From: a virus
Taxonomy: Duplodnaviria; Caudoviricetes
Reading direction: 5' to 3' (one strand)
Length of the DNA stretch: 64,000 nt
Virus record (IMG/VR): IMGVR_UViG_3300028805_000037
Location: 160,001 to 224,000 of that record
Below the pieces are notes generated by a model. The model was not told the origin of the DNA. It was given only the letters and a program-made list of their open reading frames with translations, and did not search any database. Of this stretch, positions 1-8,385 are shown piece by piece. The first letter of the stretch is position 1. Every line of letters starts with the position of its first letter. Position numbers and translations under genes: made by a program.

Positions 1-669
1 AAAATTTTTCTCAAATTTGGTAGTCAATGTTATTTTATTTATAATATCATTTAATTCAAATTCTGTTTCATCCAGAATTTCCTGATTGATTTCTAATGCA
101 TTATTTTTATTTACTTTAAGGTATATGTAATCTATTGAATTTGTCATTACTCCATACAATTTCTGCATTACTAATGCATAATATGTAAGTTGTTCTACAC
201 TTTTAGAATATTTACCAGTCTTCCAATCAAGAATTTTAATATTATTTCCATCTTTAATTATAACATCAATTAAACCATTAAAATATATATTATCTTTTAT
301 ATTATATGAAAAGTATTGTTCTGCAGCAATAAAATTAGGTTTAATTTGTTTATAGTAATTATTATAAAAATATGTTAAACAATTTTTACCTGTTTCTAAC
401 CATTGCGGAATAATAATAAGTTCTTTATTTTCAACTTTATCAAGATTCTTAATAAATAAATCTGGAAACATATTAAGAACTTCATTTAATTCTAATATTT
501 TTTCATTTTTTAATGTATCTTCTATCACTTTATGTGTACTCGATCCAAAACAAGTATAAATATTATCTTTGAATTCTGGTTGTAATTTCTTTATATGTTT
601 TAATTCAAAGCATTTAGGACATTGTTTATAGTCGCATATTGAACTATAACTTAGTTTAAATTTTTTCAT
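1..669 (-). CDS. PD-(D/E)XK (Cas4/RecB-like) exonuclease, truncated by the window edge
   Basis: Manual translation: MKKFKLSYSSICDYKQCPKCF...FGSSTHKVIE...AAEQ...FNGLIDVII...ILDWKTG...QLTYY, a typical PD-(D/E)XK motif order. Confidence 0.85.
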   Translation of the reverse strand, partial: MKKFKLSYSSICDYKQCPKCFELKHIKKLQPEFKDNIYTCFGSSTHKVIEDTLKNEKILELNEVLNMFPDLFIKNLDKVENKELIIIPQWLETGKNCLTYFYNNYYKQIKPNFIAAEQYFSYNIKDNIYFNGLIDVIIKDGNNIKILDWKTGKYSKSVEQLTYYALVMQKLYGVMTNSIDYIYLKVNKNNALEINQEILDETEFELNDIINKITLTTKFEKNF

Positions 670-856
670 ATTGTTTAAATGATTGTTTTGCACGTTCATA
701 TTTTTCTAATTGTTTTTGTTGTTCTATACTATGTTCATTCATTTTAAATTTTGTATATTCTTTACCATTAACACATTTCCAACAAAATCTTCTTACTACG
801 TTATCATTTACTACTTTTTCATCTTCACCACATATATAACATTTCATTTTCTTCAT
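656..856 (-). CDS. small zinc-finger protein (CxxC...CxxC)
   Basis: CYIC and CWKC motifs; likely start at 856 after a GGAG RBS. Confidence 0.65.
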   Translation of the reverse strand: MKKMKCYICGEDEKVVNDNVVRRFCWKCVNGKEYTKFKMNEHSIEQQKQLEKYERAKQSFKQYEKI

Positions 857-917
857 TTTATAAACTCCATGAATTTTTATGTATATATTATATAAAATTC
901 TCACAAAAATTTTAAAA

Positions 918-930
918 TTTAAATTTAAAA
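918..930 (+). promoter_or_regulatory. palindromic TTTAAATTTAAA(A) motif, putative late promoter
   Basis: Also at 4360, 5461, 5517, 7740, 9787, 11067, 18247, 30712, 34082, 39206 and 63186; lies upstream of structural genes, tnpB loci and the RNA copies. Confidence 0.65.
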
Positions 931-951
931 CAATATAGATAAAGGTGCATT

Positions 952-1524
952 ATGCCTAAAAAGTTTGTATATAAACCTAAAACAATTAATTTAGTTAAAC
1001 CTAGTAAAAAGAATTATAATACAAGTAAAATTGTTAAACCTAGTAATTCTTATAATATTACTCAGCCTAAAAAATCTCCTATTACTAGAATTAAACCTAC
1101 TAATAATACTAAATTAGTTAAACCTAATAAATATACAATAGTAAGACCTAAAAAATCTCCTATTACTAGAATTAAACCAAAAAGTGTTACTAAACTTGTT
1201 AAACCTAAAAAAAGAAAGATAAAAGTAAAAAGAATATATAAAGGTAGAATAGATCAAAGTTTACCAACATTAAAAAGATTATTACAAATAGGTTATGATG
1301 TATTAACATTTGAAGCAAGAAATACAGCTTGCCCTATTTGTCAAGGTTTAAATGGTTATACTTTTGATTTAAAATTTTGGTTAGGACAATTAAAACACAA
1401 ATCACCGATCTTCGAAATTTCCCACGTGCAATGTCTTGATTATGTTAGAGTTTGGGATTCTGAAAATATACTTCCACCTTTATGGGTAAATTGGACAGGA
1501 AATTATTTTGAACAACAGCCTTAA
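952..1524 (+). CDS. basic Lys/Pro-repeat protein with a C-terminal MuF-like (minor head) Cys/His motif
   Basis: PKKSPITRIKP repeated twice; CPICQGLNG...SHVQC resembles the MuF CxxC...HxxC motif. Confidence 0.5.
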   Translation: MPKKFVYKPKTINLVKPSKKNYNTSKIVKPSNSYNITQPKKSPITRIKPTNNTKLVKPNKYTIVRPKKSPITRIKPKSVTKLVKPKKRKIKVKRIYKGRIDQSLPTLKRLLQIGYDVLTFEARNTACPICQGLNGYTFDLKFWLGQLKHKSPIFEISHVQCLDYVRVWDSENILPPLWVNWTGNYFEQQP

Positions 1525-1539
1525 TTAAGGAGATAATAT

Positions 1540-2328
1540 ATGAAATTTTTTAAAATAAAAAAGATAGCAGAACAATTAAAACCAACAATGCCAAAACCTA
1601 CTACAGAACCAGCAAATGGTTATGAATGGTCTTGGGATGTAAATTCGGCACAATGGATTCAAGTTCCTGTAAATAACAATAAATCATATAATGTTACTGA
1701 TAGCAATTATAATAGTAATACAAATAGTCAATCTTCAAGCACAGCTACAAGTTATACTACAGCTTCATTAAGAGTTACTGATAATATAGTTGCATGTTTA
1801 AATCAATTTTTAGCTGGTGATGATTTTAATGATGGTATATTACTTGTTAATGGTTTAAAATTTAAACCTACTGCAAAAATGTATGATGATGGACTTGTTA
1901 AATATGCTGGTTATGATTTTGTAAATGGTAGTTTAGTTAAAATTACAGCAAAAGGACTTGATTATATTAAAAATCATGAACAAAAAATATATAACAAATT
2001 AAAGAAACAAATTGATGCAAGTGAGATTGATATAATACCATCAACAATTCCTGGATTTGACAATCCAGTAGGAAGCATACCTATAGTTGATGGAGCTTAT
2101 GATGCAGATGCCAAGAAATTTGCTAAAGATGAAGATATAATGAAGCCTGAACAAATGAGTCATGTCATTGATATGCTTGAAAATAAATATTATGATGAAA
2201 TTTATAAAGCTTATAAAGATAAAAATCTTGATAAAAAATTAAAAGAAATTTTAATTAATGAAGATTTAAGAGTAGATGATACAACTTTTGGCAGAATAAT
2301 AGAATATTTTGATGTATTATTTTTATAA
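1540..2328 (+). CDS. hypothetical virion-associated protein
   Basis: ORF with AAGGAG RBS inside the structural operon. Confidence 0.6.
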   Translation: MKFFKIKKIAEQLKPTMPKPTTEPANGYEWSWDVNSAQWIQVPVNNNKSYNVTDSNYNSNTNSQSSSTATSYTTASLRVTDNIVACLNQFLAGDDFNDGILLVNGLKFKPTAKMYDDGLVKYAGYDFVNGSLVKITAKGLDYIKNHEQKIYNKLKKQIDASEIDIIPSTIPGFDNPVGSIPIVDGAYDADAKKFAKDEDIMKPEQMSHVIDMLENKYYDEIYKAYKDKNLDKKLKEILINEDLRVDDTTFGRIIEYFDVLFL

Positions 2329-2343
2329 TTGGAGTAATAATTA

Positions 2344-3624
2344 ATGTTACTGACATATCCTGATAATATTTTAGTAATGAATAAATGTCAAGGAACTCAA
2401 GGAAAATATAAAATTCAATGGGATCCAGCTATACTTGCTGAATCATATAATATATATTGGAATTATGTTCCTTATGGTAGTTTTATGTTTTTAGCTAATA
2501 CCACTGATACATATTATATTCATTCTGACTTCTCGGTTATCGACGGAACTTATTGTTATTATAAAGTATCAGCAGTAAGAAATGGTAAAGAATCAGAATT
2601 ATCAAGACCACAAACAGCACAAAATACATCAGAATATATTAATAATAGTACTGGCACTTGGATTGATACCAATAATATGTTATTTGATCCACATACAAAT
2701 AAATATCCTACATCAAATAATAAAACATATAAAGGTGTAAATTATCTTCCATTAAATGTTTTACGTAGATATCAATTTAATAAAATACAACGTGATGAAA
2801 TGTGGATTCTTCAAGATAGAGGTGAACTTGTTTGGTTAATAAAACAAAAAAGAACAAACTATTCTCAACCAGATGACGATGATGCAAGAAGAATTGGTAA
2901 TAGTGAAATAGTAGAATATTATGAACCTATAAAAATATGTGTAGCATTAGCATCACCTAATCAAACTCATACTATTATTAAAGGTGGTATGGTACTTGAA
3001 AAGAATACAAGAAGTTGGACAATATATACACCAAGAATAGATGATAATGATATTATTATAGATAAAGAAAATAATAGATGGCAAGTTCAAAATGTAACTA
3101 GACAGAAATCATTTAGAGGCAGTGTTACTTGGCAACAATTTGATATTATACAAGTAGGAATAAATTCACCTATTTATAATAATGAAAAAATAAGAAATGT
3201 GGATGGATTACAATTATATCCACAAAAATGGAGTTTAATTATGGATGCAAAAGAAACTTTTGATATGATAAATGGATTTAAAAAACAAGATAATTTGACA
3301 AATGACGCATTATTTATAAGTACAAATAATCAGTTACAAGAAGCAATAGCAATTTCTTTTTCTGATTTAAAAGCTTTAATTTCAAATAATGAACAACAGT
3401 TAAACTTTGTAGTTGGAACACCTAAAGATAATTATGACGGTAATAAAAAAATATTTGATATAGGTGTTGATTTAAGTAATAGAATATATAAAGTTTTTGT
3501 TGGTTTATTAATGAAAGAAAATAGTGAAGGTGAACTTGATGGTGATTATAGTTATAATAATGGTATAATAACATTTAATGAAGATTTAGAAATTGGACAA
3601 AATGTAACAATATATTATATATAA
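2344..3624 (+). CDS. virion neck/head-closure-like protein with an N-terminal fibronectin type III-like domain
   Basis: IQWDPA...SYNIYW...YYKVSAVRNGKESELS Fn3 pattern; DIIIDKENNRWQV head-closure-like motif; position before the sheath gene. Confidence 0.55.
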   Translation: MLLTYPDNILVMNKCQGTQGKYKIQWDPAILAESYNIYWNYVPYGSFMFLANTTDTYYIHSDFSVIDGTYCYYKVSAVRNGKESELSRPQTAQNTSEYINNSTGTWIDTNNMLFDPHTNKYPTSNNKTYKGVNYLPLNVLRRYQFNKIQRDEMWILQDRGELVWLIKQKRTNYSQPDDDDARRIGNSEIVEYYEPIKICVALASPNQTHTIIKGGMVLEKNTRSWTIYTPRIDDNDIIIDKENNRWQVQNVTRQKSFRGSVTWQQFDIIQVGINSPIYNNEKIRNVDGLQLYPQKWSLIMDAKETFDMINGFKKQDNLTNDALFISTNNQLQEAIAISFSDLKALISNNEQQLNFVVGTPKDNYDGNKKIFDIGVDLSNRIYKVFVGLLMKENSEGELDGDYSYNNGIITFNEDLEIGQNVTIYYI

Positions 3625-3634
3625 GGATTTTATT

Positions 3635-4246
3635 ATGCTTTTTCGTGGACGTAGATTAATAAAAACTACATTTGTAAGTATATTACAACAATTATTTACA
3701 AATGATCCTAAATTTCCATGGAATAAAAATGTATTACAAACAAAAATCTTTCTCGATGAAAGTTTTATGAGAAGTGATCGTAAATTCCCCTATATAGTAG
3801 TAACTGATGTAACTAATGACAATTTTTTTAAAACAAGCTTTGATAGAAATTATCAAACAGAAGTATATGATGATGAAGGAAATCTTAAAGGTACTCGTTA
3901 TGGTGGTGCTATGCATCCAAGTTTTAGATTAGAATTTGGTGCACTTAATATTTATGATCTTGAGATTATTATTGATAAAGTTGAATCATTTTTCGAATTT
4001 ACTGGTGTACAAAAATTACATGATGCTGGAATAGTAATTGAAAATATAAGTGATAGTGGAATAAATACAGAAACTTATGGTAAAGATAATGTATATATAT
4101 TAAGTATAACTTTTAATATATATACTGAATGGGAAAAATATATTACAGTTGAAGAAGCCGAACTTATTAATCAAGTTGAAGTAGAAAATATAACTATATA
4201 TGATAAAGATGATAATGTTTTACATATTGATAAACCTGGTGATTAG
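3635..4246 (+). CDS. putative tail terminator/completion protein
   Basis: FPYIVV motif, size, and position immediately before the sheath gene. Confidence 0.5.
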   Translation: MLFRGRRLIKTTFVSILQQLFTNDPKFPWNKNVLQTKIFLDESFMRSDRKFPYIVVTDVTNDNFFKTSFDRNYQTEVYDDEGNLKGTRYGGAMHPSFRLEFGALNIYDLEIIIDKVESFFEFTGVQKLHDAGIVIENISDSGINTETYGKDNVYILSITFNIYTEWEKYITVEEAELINQVEVENITIYDKDDNVLHIDKPGD

Positions 4247-4263
4247 CAAAGTAAAATTTAAAT

Positions 4264-4353
4264 TTCTATGAGAATTATTTTCTCTATACATTTCAACGAT
4301 GTTGTTTTACTACCAACTATCTCGATGTACATTTATGAATGATAGACTCACCC
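4264..4353 (-). ncRNA. TnpB omegaRNA (reRNA)-like scaffold, copy 1, overlapping the tnpB 3' end
   Basis: Overlaps the last ~12 codons of tnpB; homologous to 5535-5624 and 39111-39199 with covarying stems. Confidence 0.8.
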
Positions 4354-5456
4354 AAACTTTTTAAATTTAAAGCTGCATTTAAATCTCTATTTATTAAAGA
4401 ACCACAATTAGGACAAGTCCATTGTCTATCTTTTAATTGTAATTCTTTATATTTATAACCACAATTATTACAAATTTTAGAAGAAGCAAAAAATCTATCA
4501 GCAAATATTAAATACTTTCCTTTTCTTTTTAATTTATATTGTAATTGCCATATAAATTGAGCATAACCAAGATCATTTACTGATTTACCAAAAATTTTAC
4601 TCATTCCTTTTAAATTTAGAGATTCTACAACTATTATGTCATTTTCATTAACTAATTTATTACTTAAATTATGTAAAAAATTAGTTCTTTCATTAGTAAT
4701 ATGATAATGAATTCTACTGATTGATTTTCTCAGTTTTCTAAATCTATTACTATTATGTTTTTTCTTACTTATTTTTTTATTTAATTGTTTTAAATATTTT
4801 TCATATTTTCTATATAATCGTATATATTCTGGAGAATTATTATTTGAATCTATAAAAAATGATTGTAAACTCATATCTAAACCTAAAATTTTAGATTCAT
4901 CATTAATTTGTACTTGTTTAATATTAATATCTTGTTCAACATTAAAAGAAATAAAATAATGTTCTGAAGTATCTTTACTTATTGTAGCATGTTTAATTTT
5001 ACCTATTATTTTTCTTTTATCTTTATAATTTATCCATCCAACTATAGGTATTTTAATTTTATGATTATCATAATTAATTTTGATATTATTATTTATAAAT
5101 GATGTAGTATAAGAACCACCATATTTTTTCTTTTTAAATTGAGGAAAACCAAAATTATTTTTTACCTTTAATGATTTATAAAAATTATTATAAGCATCTT
5201 TTAAATTAACAAAAGTCCACATAAATGATTGTGAATCAACTTCATCCATAAATTTATATTCATTTTTTATTTGTTTTATTGTTTTATACTTATATTTATA
5301 TAATGTATTTTTATCATTTTTATATTTTTGATATATTTCTTTTCTTTCAGCTAACATTAAATTATACATTAATCTATTACAACCAATAGTTTTATCTATA
5401 AGTTCTTTTTGTTTATTATTAGGATAAATTCTAAATTTATAAGCAAATTGTTCCAT
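4317..5456 (-). CDS. tnpB: TnpB RNA-guided endonuclease (IS200/IS605-IS1341 type, no tnpA)
   Basis: N-terminal AYKFRIYPN HTH; RuvC D (GLDMS), E (VVESL), D (NRDLNAALNL); zinc finger CNNC/CPNC. Confidence 0.95.
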   Translation of the reverse strand: MEQFAYKFRIYPNNKQKELIDKTIGCNRLMYNLMLAERKEIYQKYKNDKNTLYKYKYKTIKQIKNEYKFMDEVDSQSFMWTFVNLKDAYNNFYKSLKVKNNFGFPQFKKKKYGGSYTTSFINNNIKINYDNHKIKIPIVGWINYKDKRKIIGKIKHATISKDTSEHYFISFNVEQDINIKQVQINDESKILGLDMSLQSFFIDSNNNSPEYIRLYRKYEKYLKQLNKKISKKKHNSNRFRKLRKSISRIHYHITNERTNFLHNLSNKLVNENDIIVVESLNLKGMSKIFGKSVNDLGYAQFIWQLQYKLKRKGKYLIFADRFFASSKICNNCGYKYKELQLKDRQWTCPNCGSLINRDLNAALNLKSLGESIIHKCTSR

Positions 5457-5534
5457 AATTTTTAAATTTAAATTAAGTTGAATTTAATATTTTATATCAT
5501 TTAATTAAGTGCATAATTTAAATTTAAAAAGATA

Positions 5535-5624
5535 GGACGAATCCATCGCTCTTAAATGTACATCGAGATAGGAAGTATTAAATTCCATCAATGAAATGTA
5601 TAGAGAAATAAAATTCTCATGGAG
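5535..5624 (+). ncRNA. stand-alone omegaRNA-like copy 2, in the leader of the tail sheath gene
   Basis: Shares AAATGTACATCGAGATA...GAAATGTATAGAGAA...TTCTCAT with copy 1; compensatory stem changes. Confidence 0.8.
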
Positions 5625-5659
5625 ATTTAAAATAGATTTTTAAATGTGAGGTAAAATAT

Positions 5660-7402
5660 ATGACAAGATTAGGGCCGGGAGTTTATACAGAAGATGGAGC
5701 AAATGCAAATTTAGCTTCTTCTTTATCAGGATTTAATATAACAGCAGTTATTGGTTTAGGTAAAAATTGGAAATTAATTAGTGATGTTGAAATAGTTAAA
5801 TCTGAACCTGAAACAAATGAACCTACAGCAAATGAATTACTTTATAGTAATGTAGTTGATACATTTATTGGTGATAAATTAATTCCATATACAACTTATG
5901 TTTTACCTATAACTTCTTCAAATGCTGGTTATTATAGAGTTAATTCATCAATACAAGGTGCTTTAGAAGTTGTAAGTAATGATACTGAAAATCCTACAGA
6001 TAAACAAATAAAAATTGAAAATGTTACACCTTGGCAAGAATCAGATTCAGTTGTTATTGGTGATTATGTAATTGAATGTAATGATGGTGATTATCTTGAA
6101 AGAGATGAAGATGTAACTGGAGTAAAATTTGTTATACCTACATTAAAAAATAATGATATAATTACTGATGCAAATGGAGCTGCAATAGATTTTGATGTTA
6201 TACAAAGTATAGTAAGTTTAGGAACACTTCCTGGATTAAATCAATATAATATAAATCAAGATTATATAATAGAAAAAATTTCTTCAGAAGATGAATTAAA
6301 TGGCAAAGCTCAAATAACTTGGTTATATAATAATTATCCTGCAGTTGGTAGCTCATTTTATATTACATATAAGCAATTAAAAGATGATAAAGATTATTCG
6401 CCTAAATATAAATATTCTACTGAATCTATAACTAATGATTATGGAGCTGAATATGATAATGGTGTTGTAAATTCATTATCATTAGCAGCAGATCTTGTTA
6501 TTGAAGGCCAGACTGTATTTGGTGGTGGAGTTCTTTGTTGTCAAGTAAAAGATAATACTCTTCAAGGTTGGAAAGATGCAATAGATAAACTTGATAGTAA
6601 AGTATTTAATACATATATATTAACAAATCAGCAAGGCGAATTTGGACAACAATTACAAACATATTTAAAAAGTAAAATTGAAATGTTATCAAGTATAACT
6701 TATAAATCTGAAAAGACAGCATTTTATATTCCATTTGATAAAGATATGGAAATAGAAACAATTAATGCTTATAGAGAAGCTTTAAATTCACAAAGAATAA
6801 CATTATTTGGTAATAAAACTTGTACAGTAGAACTTGTTGATAATACAACATTAGAAACTGAATTTGTAGAATTACCTTCAATTTATGCTTGTGCAAATCT
6901 TTCTGGTATTGAAGGAAATCCTGAATATACATTTAGTGAACCTATGTTAAGAAAGCAATTATCACCAAGAATAACATTTAATGAAGAACAAAGATATAAT
7001 CCTTCTGAAATGACTTCACTTGATAATAATGGCGTTAGTATATTTGATATGGATTTATTAACAAATATTTCTTATGTATATGTTATTGGTACCACTGATA
7101 TGACTAATGTTATAACCGAAACTAGAGCTGTTAGAAGAGAAACTGATTTACTTAGACAAAATGTAAGAAGAAATCTTAATCAATACATTGGTAAAAAGAA
7201 TAAACCTATAACTGCTGCTAGTGCTACTGAAACAACAAAAGCGATGTTAAGAAATTTTGTTAATATTGATGAGATAGCTGGATTTAGAGATGTTACATCT
7301 TGGTTTGATGAACAAGATCCAAGATTATTAAAACAATCATTCTGGTATTTAAGTTATTTGGAAACCAGATGGATTCATGTAACTATTGGAGCAGAAATTT
7401 AG
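5660..7402 (+). CDS. tail sheath protein
   Basis: N-terminal PGVYTE motif, TAVIG, C-terminal VRRETD; 580 aa. Confidence 0.9.
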   Translation: MTRLGPGVYTEDGANANLASSLSGFNITAVIGLGKNWKLISDVEIVKSEPETNEPTANELLYSNVVDTFIGDKLIPYTTYVLPITSSNAGYYRVNSSIQGALEVVSNDTENPTDKQIKIENVTPWQESDSVVIGDYVIECNDGDYLERDEDVTGVKFVIPTLKNNDIITDANGAAIDFDVIQSIVSLGTLPGLNQYNINQDYIIEKISSEDELNGKAQITWLYNNYPAVGSSFYITYKQLKDDKDYSPKYKYSTESITNDYGAEYDNGVVNSLSLAADLVIEGQTVFGGGVLCCQVKDNTLQGWKDAIDKLDSKVFNTYILTNQQGEFGQQLQTYLKSKIEMLSSITYKSEKTAFYIPFDKDMEIETINAYREALNSQRITLFGNKTCTVELVDNTTLETEFVELPSIYACANLSGIEGNPEYTFSEPMLRKQLSPRITFNEEQRYNPSEMTSLDNNGVSIFDMDLLTNISYVYVIGTTDMTNVITETRAVRRETDLLRQNVRRNLNQYIGKKNKPITAASATETTKAMLRNFVNIDEIAGFRDVTSWFDEQDPRLLKQSFWYLSYLETRWIHVTIGAEI

Positions 7403-7411
7403 TTTTAAATA

Positions 7412-7550
7412 TAAAAAGGTATTGCGAACACCTTAGACTAGTTAAAAATATTAATTATTATATTTTTTAATATAATATATAAATGTAGCTTATAGAATCT
7501 AGTCTAAAGTTCGCAAAACTTAAATAAAATTCTATAGGCTATTTTTATTT
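7412..7550 (+). ncRNA. promoter plus hairpin-RNA element, family B copy 1
   Basis: TATAAT at 7471; stem TAGCTTATAGAAT/ATTCTATAGGCTA plus T-tract; loop complementary to 7422-7441; homologous to 38963-39097. Confidence 0.6.
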
Positions 7551-7564
7551 ATGGAGATATAATA

Positions 7565-7690
7565 ATGAATAAAGAAGAAATACAAAAAATTATTGATGAA
7601 TTTATTAAAGAAGATTTTATTGTTACAAATAGCCAAGGATGTTTAAATTTACGTAATAATAAAAATATAATAAATAAATATAATAATTGA
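7565..7690 (+). pseudogene. 41-aa ORF remnant truncated at the IS607 left end (possibly a former endonuclease gene)
   Basis: GGAG RBS then MNKEEIQKIIDEFIKEDFIVTNSQGCLNLRNNKNIINKYNN; runs into the AT-rich IS end. Confidence 0.4.
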
Positions 7691-7770
7691 AAATATATAA
7701 AATAATATAAAAAAATATAAAATTATTAAAACACTTTAATTTAAATTTAAAATAAATGAAGGAATAATAA

Positions 7771-8385
7771 ATGAAATCAAAACAAGTTTTAAAATTATTA
7801 CAAGTATCAAGAGTAACACTTTCAAAATATGTAAAGACTGGCTTAATTAAAGTAACAATGAAAAAAAATAAAACTTATGATTATGATGAAGATAGTATAT
7901 ATTCTTTTTTGGGAAAAAATAAAGTTGAAGAACAAAAATTAAATATAATTTATGCTAGAACTTCAAATCCACCTAAAAAATATGCTGAAGAGCAATCACA
8001 AAGAGTATTAAATTTTTGTACTTCTAAAGGTATACAAATAGATAAAATATTTATTGATGTTAAATCTGGAATGAATTTTCAAAGAATAGAATTTTTAAAA
8101 TTAATAGATTTAATAATTAATAATAAAGTAAAATTAGTAGTTATTGAAAATAAAGATAGATTAGTAAGATTTGGTTTTGAATTATTACAAGAATTATTTA
8201 AAAAGTTTGGATGTGAAATATTAATAGTAAACAATTTGTCTGAAAAAACTTATGAGCAAGAATTAACTGAAGATTTAATTTCAATAATACATTATTTTTC
8301 TATGAAATCATATTCTAATAGAAGAAAATTAAATAAAATTAAAGAAGAATTACAAAACAATGATAACATTAAAAATCAAATATAA
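7771..8385 (+). CDS. tnpA: IS607 transposase TnpA (MerR-like HTH plus serine recombinase)
   Basis: IIYARTS catalytic Ser; DVKSGMNFQR; ENKDRLVRFGFE; ELTEDLISIIHYFS. Confidence 0.95.
   Translation: MKSKQVLKLLQVSRVTLSKYVKTGLIKVTMKKNKTYDYDEDSIYSFLGKNKVEEQKLNIIYARTSNPPKKYAEEQSQRVLNFCTSKGIQIDKIFIDVKSGMNFQRIEFLKLIDLIINNKVKLVVIENKDRLVRFGFELLQELFKKFGCEILIVNNLSEKTYEQELTEDLISIIHYFSMKSYSNRRKLNKIKEELQNNDNIKNQI

Noticed and set aside
4317-5456. Nuclease-dead TnpB regulator (TldR-like)
   Set aside because: All three RuvC acidic residues and the zinc finger are present, so inactivation is not supported, although binding-only regulation through partial matches remains possible.
4264-5624. Terminal inverted repeats of a DDE-type IS flanking tnpB
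   Set aside because: The two copies are inverted, but they differ by compensatory changes, one overlaps the tnpB 3' end, a third copy lies 34 kb away, and no DDE transposase is present; they behave as RNA genes.
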